Assembly (NCBI RefSeq): GCF_009914755.1 | Contig: NC_060930.1 | Source: the human T2T-CHM13v2.0 reference genome, Homo sapiens | Length of the DNA: 64,000 bases | Reading direction: 5' to 3' (one strand) | Part shown: in pieces, positions 1 to 11,366 of the stretch | Layout: the number at the start of each line of letters is the position of its first letter | How positions within the stretch are numbered: the stretch's first letter is position 1 | Notes under the pieces: generated by a model | The model's input: only the letters and a program-made list of their open reading frames with translations | The model's database searches: none | What the model was told of the DNA's origin: nothing | Made by a program: the position numbers and the translations under genes

Positions 1-3000
1 AATAAGTTTAAAGAAGAACATAAATGACCTGATGGAGCTGAAAAACACAGCACAAGAACTTCGTGAAGCATACACAAGTATCAATAGCCGAATTGACCAA
101 GCAGAAGAAAGGATATCAGAGATTGAAGGTCAACTTACTGAAATAAGGCTGAAATAAGGTGTGAAAACAAGATAGGAGAAAAAAAGAATGAAAATGAATG
201 AATAAAGCCTACAAGAAATATAGGACTATGTGAAAAAATCAAACTTACATTTGATTGGGGTACCTGAAGGTGATGGGGTGAATGGAACCAAGTTGGCAAA
301 CACAATTCGGGATATTATCCAGGAGAACTTCCCCAATTTAGCAAGACAGGCCAACATTCAAATTCAGGAAATACAGAGAACACCACAAAGATACTCCTTA
401 AGAAGAGCAACCCCAAGACACATAATCATCAGCTTCACTAAGGTTGAAATGAAGGAAAAAATGGTAAGGGCAGCCAGAGAGAAAGGTCAGGTTACCCACA
501 AAAGGAAGTCCATCAGACTAACAGTGGATCTCTCTGCAGAGACCCTACAAGCCAGAAGAGAGCAGGGGCCAATATTCAACATTCTTAAAGAAAACACTTT
601 TCAATGCAGAATTTCATATCCAGCCAAACTAAGCTTCATGAGTGGAGAAATAAAATCCTTTATAGACAAGCAAATGTTTAGGGACTTTGTCACCACCAGG
701 CCTGCCTTACAAGAGCTCCTGAAGGAAGCACTAAATATGGAAAGGAAAAACCAGTACCAGCCACTGCAAAAACATACCAAAATGTAAAGACCATCCACAC
801 GATGAAGAAACTGCATCAATTAATGTGCAAAATAACCAGCTAGCACCATAATGACAGGATCAAATTCACACATAACAATATTAACCTTAAATGTAAGTGG
901 GCTAAATGCCCTAATTAAAAGACACAGACTGGCAAAAAGATTTAAGACCCACCAGTGTGCTGTATTCAGGAGACTCATCTTATGGGCAAACACACACATA
1001 GACTCAAAATAAAGGGATGGAGGAATATTTACCAAGCAAATGGAAAGAAAAAAAAAAGGAGGGGTTGCAATCCTAGACTCTGATAAAACAGACTTGAAAC
1101 AAACAAAGATCAAATAAGACAAAGAAGGGCATTACATAATGATAAAGGGATCAATGCAACAAGAAGAGCTAACGATCCTAAATATATATGCACCCAATAC
1201 AGGAGCATCCAGATTTATAAAGCAAGTTCTTAGAGACCTACAAAAAGACCTAGACTCCCACACAATAATAATGGGCGATTTTAACATCCCACTGCCAATA
1301 TTAACAGAACAACGAGACAGAAAATTAACAAGGATATTGAGGACTTGAACTCAGCTCTGGACCAAGTGGACCTAATAGACAGCTACAGAACTCTCCACTC
1401 CAAATCAACAAAATATACATTCTTCTCAGTACCACATAGGACTTATTCTAAAATCAACCACATAACTGGAAGTAAAACACTCCTCAGCAAATGCAAAAGA
1501 ACAAAAATCATAACAGTCTCTCTGACACAGTGCAATCAAATTAGAACTCAGGATTAAGAAACTCACTCAACACCACACAACCACATGGAAACTGAACAAC
1601 CTGCTCCTGAATGGATTACTGGGCAAATTTCAAAATAAAGGCAGAAATAATGAAGTTCTTTGAAACAAATGAGAACAAAGAGACAATGTACCAGAATCTC
1701 TGTGACACAGCTAAAACAGTGTTAGGAGGGAAGTTTATAGCACTAAATGCCCACATTAGAAAGCGGGAAAGATCTAAAATTGACACTCTCACATCACAAA
1801 TAAAAGAACTAGAGAAACAAGAGCAAACAAATTCAAAACTAGCAGAAGACAAGAAATAACTAACATCAGAGCAGAACTGGAGATAGAGCCATGAAAAACC
1901 CTTCCAAAAAAACAATGAATCTAGGAGCTGTTTTTTTTTTTTTTTAAAGATTAACAAAATAGATAGACCACTAGCTAAACAAAGAAAGATGAAAAGAGAG
2001 AAGAATCAAATAGACACAATAAATAAAAAATGATAAAGAGGATATCACACTGATCTCACAGAAATACAAACTATCACCAGAGAATACCATAAACACTTCT
2101 ACACAAAGAAACTCTAGAAGAAATGAATAAATTCCTGGACACATACACCCTCCAAAGATAAACAAGGAAGAAGTTGAGTCCCTGAACAGACCAAAACAAG
2201 TTCTGAAATTGAGGCAGTAATTAATAGCCTACCAAGTAAAAAAAGCCCAGGACCAGACAGATTCACAGTGAAATTCTACAAGAGGTCCATATAGGATTTG
2301 ATACCATTCTTCTGAAACTATTTCAAACAATAGAAAAAGATGGACTCCACCCTAACTCATCTTATAAAGCCAACATCATCCTGATACCAAAACATGGCAG
2401 ACACATAAGCAAAAAAAGAAACTTTCAGGCCAATATCCCTGATGAACATTGATGCAAAAATCTTCAATAAAATACCAGCAAAACAAATCCAGCAGCACAT
2501 CAAAAATCATATCCACAATGATCAAGTTGATTTCATCCCTGGGATGCAAGTCTGGTTCAACATACACCTATCAATAAATGTGATCCATCACATAAACAGA
2601 ACAAATGACAAAATCCACATGATTATCTCAATAGATGCAGAAAAGGCCTTCAATAAAATTCAACACCACTTCATGCTAAAAACTCTCAACAAACTAGGTG
2701 TTGATGGAACATATCTCAGAACAATGACAACTATTTATGGCAAACCCATAGCCAATATCATATTGGAAGCATTCCCTTTGAAAAAGGGAGAAAAGCTGGA
2801 AGCATTCCCTTTGAAAATTGGCACAAGACAAGGGTGCCCTCTCTAACCACTCCTGTTCAACATAGTATTGGAAGTTCTGGTCAGGGCAATCAAGCAAGAT
2901 AAAGAAATAAACAGTATTAAAATAGAAAGAGAGGAAGTCAAATTGTCCCTGTTTGCAGATGACATGATTGTATATTTAGAAAACCCCATCATCTCAGCCC

Positions 3001-4920
3001 CAAAACTCCTTATACTGGTAAACAACTTCAACAAAGCCTCAGGATACAAAATCAATGTGCAAAATCACAAGCATTCCTATACACCAATAATAGACAAGCA
3101 GAGAGCCAAATCACAAGTGAACTCCCATTCGCAATTGCTACAAAGAAAATAAAATACCTAGGAATACAACTTACAAGGGATGTAAAGGAATTCTTCAAGG
3201 GGAACTACAAACCACTGCTGAAGGAAATAAGAGAGGACACAAACAAATGGAAAAACATTACATGCTCATGGATAGGAAGAATCAACATCATGAAAATGGC
3301 CATATTGCCCAAAGTAATTTACATATTCAATGCTATTCCCATCAAGTTACCATTGACTTTCTTCATAGAATTAGAAAAAAAAACTACTTTAAGTTTCATA
3401 TGGAACCAAAAAAGAGCCTGTATAGTCAAGACAATCCTAAGCAAAAAGAACAAAACTAGAGGCAGCATGCTACCTGATTTCAAACTATACTACAAGGCTA
3501 CAGTAACCAAAACAGCATGGTACTGGTACCAAAACAAATATATAGACCAATGAATCAGAACAGAGCCCTCAGAAATAACATCACATATCTACAACCATCT
3601 GCTCTTTGACAAACCTGACAAAAGCAATGGAAAAAGGATTCCCTGTTTAATAAATGACTCTGGGAAAACTGACTAGCCATATGCGGAAAACAGAAACTGG
3701 ACCTGTTCCTTACACCTTATACAAAAATTAACTCAAGATGGATTAAAGACTTAAACATAAAACATAAAACCATAAAAGCCCTAGAAGAAAACCTAGGCAA
3801 TACCATTCAAGACATAGGCATGGGCAAAGACTTCATGGCTAAAATACCAAAAGCAATTGCAACAAAAGCCAAAATTGACAAATGGGATCTAATTAGACTA
3901 AAGAGCTTCTGCTCAGCAAAAGAAACTATCATCAGAGTGAACAGCCAACCTACAGAATGGGAGAAAATGTTTGCAATTTATCCATCTGACAAAAGGGTGA
4001 TATCCAGAATCTACAAGGAACTTAAACAAATTTATGAGAAAAAAACAAACTGCCCCATCAAAAACTGGGCAAAGGATATGAACAGGAGCTTCTCAAAAGA
4101 AGACGTTTATGTGGCTAACAAACATGAAAAAAAGCACATAACCACTGGTCATTAGAGGAATGCGAATCATAACCACAATGAGATACCATCTCACACCAGT
4201 TAGAATGACAATCATTAAAAAGTCTGGAAACAGCAGATGCTGGAGAGGATGTGAAGAAATAGGAACAGTTTTACACTGTTGGTGGGAGTGTAAATTAGTT
4301 CAACCATTATGTAAGACAGTGTGGTGATTCCTCAAGGATCTAGAACCAGAAATACCATTTAACCCAGCAATCCAATTACTGAGCATATACGCAAAACATT
4401 ATAAATCATTCTACTATAAAGACACATGCATATGTATGTTTATTGCAGCACTATTTACAATAGCAAAGACTTGGAACCAACCCAAATGCCCATGAATGAT
4501 TGACTGAATGAAGAAAATGTGGCATATATACACCATGGAATACTATGCAGCCATAAAAAAGAATGAGTTCATGTCCTTTGACAGGATATGGATGAAGCAG
4601 GAAACCATCATTCTCCACAAACTATCACAGGAACAGAAAACCAAACACCACATATTCTCCCTCATAGTGGGAGCTGAACAATGAGAACACCTGGACACAG
4701 GGAGGGGAACATCACATACTGGAGCCAGTTGGGGGTTGTAGGGTAAGGGGAGGGATAGCATTAGGATGAATACCTAGAGCATGCGGGACTTAAAACCTGG
4801 ATGATGGCTTGATAGATGCAGCAAACCACCATGCCACATGTATACCTATGTAACAAACTAGCATGTTCAGCACATGTATCCCAGAACTTAATGTAAATTT
4901 TTTTAAAAATTTAAAAAACA
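1..4920 (+). mobile_element. LINE-1, L1PA8-like, from mid-ORF1 through ORF2, 3'UTR and degenerate A tail (5' part outside window); inactive
   Basis: ORF1p C-terminal half in ORF 230-787. ORF2 ATG at 851 (atgacaggatca). EN and RT fragments across many short ORFs, including LFADDM in ORF 2868-3152. Multiple stops and frameshifts. 3'UTR 'gcatgcgggacttaaaacctggatgatgg...ccagaacttaatgtaaa' is typical of L1PA8. Confidence 0.95.
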
Positions 4921-5261
4921 ATGTAGACATTGAATAATAATTAACACAAACATACTTATTGTTAGAGTGAAGGAAGAATATCTGAGGGGATGGCAATGAT
5001 TGCAAATTCTATTACCAAAAATTAAAACATGAGCAATTAAAAATCCTTGCTGTGACTTAGATTTGTCATTATTGTTATTGTAAGTATTATGTTCTTTTCA
5101 AGAGAATTCTGACTATTTTTGTTTATTGCCTTTACAATCAGCCTCTTCATATCTGTAGCAACACTAAAAGAAAGTTGCAGTATATTGATGAGCTTTGGTA
5201 TGATTCTGACTTAATAGTAAAGGACCAACATTCTGAGACTAGTGGTTCAATCTTAAATATA

Positions 5262-5425
5262 CTTATTCATTTAACATATATTGAGTGCTCGTTCCTGTTC
5301 TACATATTAGATAGGAAAGAAAACAATTATCCTGTTCTCAAGAAGCTTGTATTCCAGTGAAGAGAAAGCAAACTATAAGCCTAAGTTGAATGCTGATAAC
5401 TGCCATGAAGAGAAAAAGCAGGATA
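5262..5425 (-). mobile_element. L2 3' end fragment
   Basis: 'ttattcatttaacatatattgagtgc...cctgttctcaagaagcttgtattccagtg' resembles the reverse complement of the L2 3' terminus. Confidence 0.55.
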
Positions 5426-5645
5426 AAGATAAATCAAAAAATGGAGGATGTTGATTATCAAATTACACTGAGTAAAGCAAACATACACAGCCTGATAAAT
5501 GATCATTGATCATCAAAATAATCATGTGTTTAAATAAATGTATACAGTGTCTCAAAATGAGATTCGGCAGGTAAGTGTTTTCTTTATAATACATGATATG
5601 CAAATATAAGATGAACTTTTCAAGGTGAGAAACTTTTTCCCTATC

Positions 5646-6072
5646 TGTGTTAGTTTATGAGGGCTGCCATAACAAAATATCATAGGCTGTATAGCTTAAG
5701 AAACAGAAATTTATTTCTCACGATTTTGGAGGCTGGAAGTTTGAAATCAAAGTGCCTTCATAGCTGGTTCCTTCTGAGGGCCGTGAGGAGAAGATCTCTC
5801 CCAGCCTTCTCTCCTTGGCCTGTGGATAGTCATGTTCTGTGTGTGCGTGTCCTCACATCATCTTCCCTCTGTACATTTCTGTCTTTGTGTCCAAATTTTC
5901 CATTTTATAAGGACACCAGTCATACTAAATTAGGGTATGCCCAGTGATTTTGTTTCAGTTGATAGCTCTGTAAAGTCCCTGTCTCCAAATAAGGTTACAC
6001 TCTGAGATACTGGGGGTAAGGACTCCAATGTGTCTCTTTTTTGGAGAGGAAACAATTTAACTTATGATAGCA
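5646..6072 (-). mobile_element. MaLR solo LTR, MLT1B-like
   Basis: 'tagtttatgagggctgccataacaaaatatcataggctg...ggaggctggaagt...tataaggacaccagtcat...tctgagatactggggg' is the reverse complement of the MLT1A-C consensus. Confidence 0.8.
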
Positions 6073-7009
6073 TCTTAGGTCTCTCAAGGAGTCAGATCTG
6101 GAATTATTGACATTTCTCTAGGCCTAGGAAATCTCAGGGTTTCTTTAAAATCTCCCCTATAATAGTTGGTCCCTGCCAGCACATTCCACATACTTTCTGT
6201 GATGTGGGACCTTCAGGAGAACCAGCTCATCAAGGTAGAATACTATGCTACTCCTGGAACTTAGCAGCCCTCTCTTAGGGATGTGGATCTCATTTCCTGT
6301 ATCAGTGATGCGAGCTAGAGTTCTACAGTGAGGAAATGCAGATCTGTGTTGCTACTGACTGCCTCATGCTAATTACCTCTGGCCACAAGGCCACAACCCT
6401 CCCAGCAGACTGGATCTTTTCACATACTGGTGCTCAAAATCACCAACTAGCTTTGGCCATGGATATTATCAGTACTGTTCTTCCATCCTTACTTGGCCTT
6501 GATTCCAACCTCACTCAAATAGCTCAGGAAGTTGAGATTCATGAGTACCTTAGGCCTGAGTCCATGTATGTGATAGAATGCAATGCAAAAGCTACATAGA
6601 GATTCTAGATAATATTGATTTTTAAACTTTTAAAATCCAATATGGAAAAAATAGTTGATTTGTAGATACACAAAGCTTAGAAATATCTAAAGATTCTGTT
6701 TGTGTGTAATAATAATTATACTCAATATGGAGAAAATGAAAGTGATGTTTAAGAAGGAAAGCTACCTAATATGATCTAATCTTATCTAATAGTTCAAGCC
6801 GGGCTAGAATGTCCTCTTAGGTGTGGGGAAATGCCCAAGACATTCTGATTTTTCCTCCATCTGCACTGGAGAAAGTATAATATTCCTCATAGGTGAAATT
6901 ATGTATTTACTTCTTATTATTTAGTTTTTATACTTAAGGTATCTTATCTTCAAGATTTTCTGGAAATGAGATTTTATAGCCTATGTTTTCTCATTTCATT
7001 TCATACCAC

Positions 7010-7345
7010 TGTTTTGGGTTGAATTGTGCCTTCTGTACCAAATTCATATGTTGGAGACTTGAGCCCCAGTGCCTTAGAATGTAACCACATTTGTAGATAG
7101 GGCCTTTTAAAAGATAATTAAAGTTAAATAAAGTCATAAGGGTGAAGCTCAAACCCAATATCAATGTTGACCTTCTAAGAAGAGACAGATAGACCAGGGG
7201 TGTGTGTATGCTCAGAGATAAGGTCATGTGACAACACAGCAAGAAGGCTGCCATCTGCAAGCCGAAAAGGGAGGACTGAGATACCAACCCTGCTGGCACT
7301 TTGATCTCACATTTCCAGCCTCCAAAACTGTGAGAAATTCCTGTT
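7010..7345 (+). mobile_element. MaLR LTR, MLT1B-like (3' end missing)
   Basis: 'tgttttgggttgaattgtg...aaattcatatgttg...ccatctgcaagcc...ccagcctccaaaactgtgagaaa'. Confidence 0.8.
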
Positions 7346-7775
7346 TGTGGAGACAAAGATGATTCCATCTTGGATGATAATCTGCCACGTTGACATCTGA
7401 TTAGCCCCAGTCCCATGAATGCCTTCCAATTCTTATTTTATTTACTGTCCTTAGTGTGAGAACATGTCAACCTTGATGTTATTGCACAAATTATAGGCGA
7501 TGACGCACACAGCATTCTTGCCTGTTCTGGAAGGTTGCCTTTAATTGTCTCTATAGAGCACATAGATACTGGTACATACACTTTTCCTCTGTAGTTCCAC
7601 CACGGCCTGCATCAGTTGAAACGTGAACTGAAGCAGATGATTTCTTCTGGGTCTGGGGAGTAATAGTGTAGAGCTCTAGCTATCTTGTGGCCACCCAAGA
7701 CCACGCCCCAAGAACCACGTCTGTAAGTTCCTCCAATAAACCACCCTTTGCCAACAAACTGGATTTGTTTGCCTA
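7346..7775 (+). mobile_element. ERV1-class LTR, MER31-like (3' truncated)
   Basis: 'tccatcttggatgataatctgccacgttgac...caaccttgatgttattgcacaaattataggcgatgacgcacacagcattcttgcctgttctgg...caataaaccaccctttgccaacaaactggatttg' matches the recalled MER31 consensus. Confidence 0.7.
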
Positions 7776-7829
7776 ACTCTAACTTTAACTCTAAGCTTTA
7801 TATACTTTTATGAATAAAATGTAGCCTCA

Positions 7830-8520
7830 GTTCTCAGAAATTCAGAATCCAGTGAGAATGGCATATCCAGGGAGCTAAGTGCCATAGGTTGCTATAGGAC
7901 TGCATTGGAGAATTAATTTACTCATTCTTGGGTGGTAAAGGAAAGTTTCCATGAAAATTTAACTATGAAACGCATTCCTAAAGGATAATTGGAAGCTAAG
8001 CAAGGAAATCTGTGGGAAGACTTTACGGTTTCAGATGTTACTCTATGTTGGCAGGAGTAAGGGGAGCTATATGTATTCTAGCACTGTAAAAATGTGGAGT
8101 GAGAGGGAATGGCTACAGAGAGTTAGCTGTGACAGATGAGTCTAGAGAGAAAAGCCGAACACAGACAGTGAACTATGGCAATGTTATGATGAGTTTAGAC
8201 TCTCTTCTATGGGTAGACACCAAGGAGAATAGCAGTAGAATGACAAAATTAGATTTTCACATGAAACTTGATGACAGTGTAGGAAATGGACTGAAAGGAC
8301 AAGACTAGAGGCAAAGAGATCACTTAGAATATTGCTATAGTTACTCAGTGATGGATGCTGGTGATCTGAGCTAAGGGAATAGAAGTGAAGATGGAGAGAA
8401 ATGGACGGATACTGAGAAGACAGAACTGTCAGAACTTGGTGTGAAAAGTCGTGGCTCAAAAGGAAAGGGAGGTGATAAGGGAAAACACATAGGCACAGAC
8501 AGATTCCTGGCTTCAGAATC
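7830..8520 (-). mobile_element. L2 fragment
   Basis: Purine-rich plus strand with L2 antisense motifs ('gactagaggcaaagagatcacttagaatattgctatag', 'agtgaagatggagagaaatggacggat'). Boundaries approximate. Confidence 0.6.
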
Positions 8521-9199
8521 AATATCTGTGGATACAATTTTCTTCTTAAGACTTAATTGAAAACTATTAAGACTGATGATGGAAAACCCAAGGCTTTGAT
8601 GTATTTAGCTGAAAATAGTAAATAGCCTAACAGTGTAAGATAATGGCATTGAGAAATTAGTATTGTCCATAAATATGCTTGTGAAGATAGCACTTACATA
8701 AATTACACCTTAGTTAGGTTGCTTTTATTCATTCTTCCAAGTCAATTCAGCTCTGAGTATGGGGATAGGAGAATGTTTGAATGCCCAGAAACAATTTCCA
8801 TGAGATATCATTTGAAAGAAATAAATGATGACATAGTTGTTTCCAACTATGTCAGGAATTGTGTCAGGAATTATGTAAGGAAACATCACGTAGAATCAAA
8901 AGCAACTGATTTATGTATGCTTCAGTAGATAAAAGAGTTATTTTAGCTCTCGTTTCATAAATGTCATTGATTCCTTGGTTAAACATTCTGAGTGATATTA
9001 TGTAGTCTTTTTCTGAAATTTAATGGCAATCAATAATTTCTTTATCATGAATTTCACACTCAGGCACCAAAACTGACTGCTTAGAAGCATCTTTGATTAA
9101 CTACTTCATGTTCCTCACTTCCTCACTACTCCACCTGTCCTTTCACATAACAATAAGACTGTTCCTTCAAAACACCATCACATTACAATTTTCACAACA

Positions 9200-9555
9200 C
9201 TAGGCCTTTTCTGGTAATTCTCCCCTTCTCCTGAATTGCCTTTTCCTGCCGTGCCTCCCACCTTAGTGCCATTGGGTCTCCCCTTAAATGTCCCCACTTC
9301 TTCCTTTTGTGTCACACAGGTCAGAATGAAGCACATCATCCTCTGGGCTCCCATAACAGGGTGTGTTTGTGTGACCATTTTATAAGCTTGATATCATTGT
9401 TTCCTATTTGCTTACAGATCTGTCTCTTCTTCTTGACCTGACATGCCTGAGCCAAAAACCACAACTTATTCATTGTGGTATCCTTAACCCATAGTGGCTG
9501 TGCTATGGGTCTGGAATGCAATTAATGATCACCAAATGTTTGTAAATGAATTAGT
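9200..9555 (+). mobile_element. L2 3' end fragment
   Basis: Ends in the L2 terminal motif 'ttattcattgtggtatcc...caaatgtttgtaaatgaat'. Confidence 0.5.
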
Positions 9556-11159
9556 GTGAGATTGTTGCCTAGCATTCTTATTGGAAGACCAACATTATGT
9601 TGTATAATCTGTGCAATATATTCACTGGCAATTTAAAAATAATATTCAGAATGTGTAATGATATCTTTAAAAATAATGACAAAGCTTGGCTTTTACAAAT
9701 AAATGTGACAGAGTAGCTATTTTAGGACATCATTCTCATAGTTAAAGCTGCCCAGCTAGGACTATAACTTTATAGCCTTCTAATTGAGAGACAGGCTTAG
9801 TCACTAGCTCTCTTATTATTCCAGTTTTCAATTTAGGGAAGTTAACATTAACTGGTCAACCATTAATCCTTTTGATGGGAAATTTTGGTACAGATGAGGT
9901 ATTCTCCCAAGAAGGGCAAGAGCAAACCTTATCTCTTCTGTGCTGATAATGATTTTTCTTGTTAAGTTCAGAATGGTTGCAGAGTAATTGGATGTAATTA
10001 TTTGCTAATTTAATTTAAGCAAACCACTTATCTGATTCATCATTAGCATAATAGAGTTTCCCCACAGCTCTGAAGAAATTGAACTAAATAGGGAGAAAGG
10101 TGTTCTTAGAAGATGGCATCAGAGGCAATGGATTGTAAGGGAGCAGAAAATTACACATGCTGATTAAATTACCTTCTCTTAAAAAACATCAGTAGGTAAA
10201 ATGCTTTGTGGTGGCAACTGCCTGTTAGAAAGGGCAGCAGAGACAAGAGAATGTAGTATCTCCAGAAATTAAAGGAAAGGAAATGTTAAGAACAAGTACA
10301 GCAACTCTAAGACTGAAAGATAGATGGGTGGGAATGAATTGATTCTCAGACATGTTTTGAGCAGACTGGGAGTATTGTTCTCCAACTTAAGTAAAAGTTG
10401 ATTACTACATGCTACTATGAAAGTTAAAGTCCAGGTAAGAAAGCATTATAGGAAGACATTTTGGATTACATATTTTTTTGGAAAATATATATGAGGTCTA
10501 GTAAAGATGTGTCTTTGCTGCTCCCTTTCCACATCTCCTTGTTTTTTCACATCAGGAGGCTCTCCCTTATTCCAAAGCTTAAACTCTCCTGAGCACTGTG
10601 TTGGAAGTGGTTGCTGGATTCCATGATTTGTTTCCTAGTGAAAAGGCCACTTTGGGAGGAAGCGGCACAGACATAGCCTCGACGGCATGATTTCTGGGTC
10701 ATGGGCAAGCTATCTTCATCAAAACAATTTATTCTTCCTGAGGTTGATTTTTGGTGGCGTTCTTATTTCTTACCTTTGGGGAAAAAATAAAACAAAAATA
10801 ATAAATAACCCCCAAGAGAGAAAATGTCCTTAACATTTTTTTTCAAGTCCCTCAAAATGAAGAAAATAATTGTGGAGGGCAGAGGCGGGAAAGGAAAGTG
10901 GGCTTCAGAATACAAAGATGGGATGGTGAAAGCAGAGGAATCAGCAGACATAGACATTGGCCAGCACCACTGGGAACCTGCAAGGTGATACTGGATATTG
11001 ACTGGCTAAAGTCAGAGTGCTCCTCAAGAATCATATGGCAAAAGAATATCAATGGATCAAATAACAATCGATTGACCTAGACACTGAAAAACAAGGCAGG
11101 GTGGATGCTAGGAAATTAAGACCAAAAAGAAGAAATAAAAGGTAGGAATGAAAGAAACT

Positions 11160-11366
11160 ATCCTTTATTGAGTCCCTAGAATAAGTCATCCATGTATTTT
11201 ATAAATTAAGTTCCCAATTGCCCAGTGAGGCATAACTGTTATTAATATACCTGTTTTATATAAGGAAACTGCTTTTTAAAGAGGTTAAGTAAATTTTCCC
11301 AGGGCAAAAGGCAAATAAGATTCAGAACCAGGATTCAAACCTAAATTGGCCTGACTTTAAAGCCAA
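11160..11366 (-). mobile_element. MIR SINE
   Basis: 'ttttatataaggaaactg...gaggttaagtaaattttcccagggc...agaaccaggattcaaacct...ctgactttaaagcc' is the MIR core in reverse. Confidence 0.75.

Noticed and set aside
230-4155. L1 ORF1/ORF2 ORFs as functional CDS (also 60498-63863)
   Set aside because: They are fragmented by many stops and frameshifts, so they are annotated as dead mobile elements.
5646-7345. Divergent pair of MLT1B LTRs as an inverted repeat
   Set aside because: They are independent, heavily diverged old insertions about 940 nt apart, so stable pairing is unlikely.
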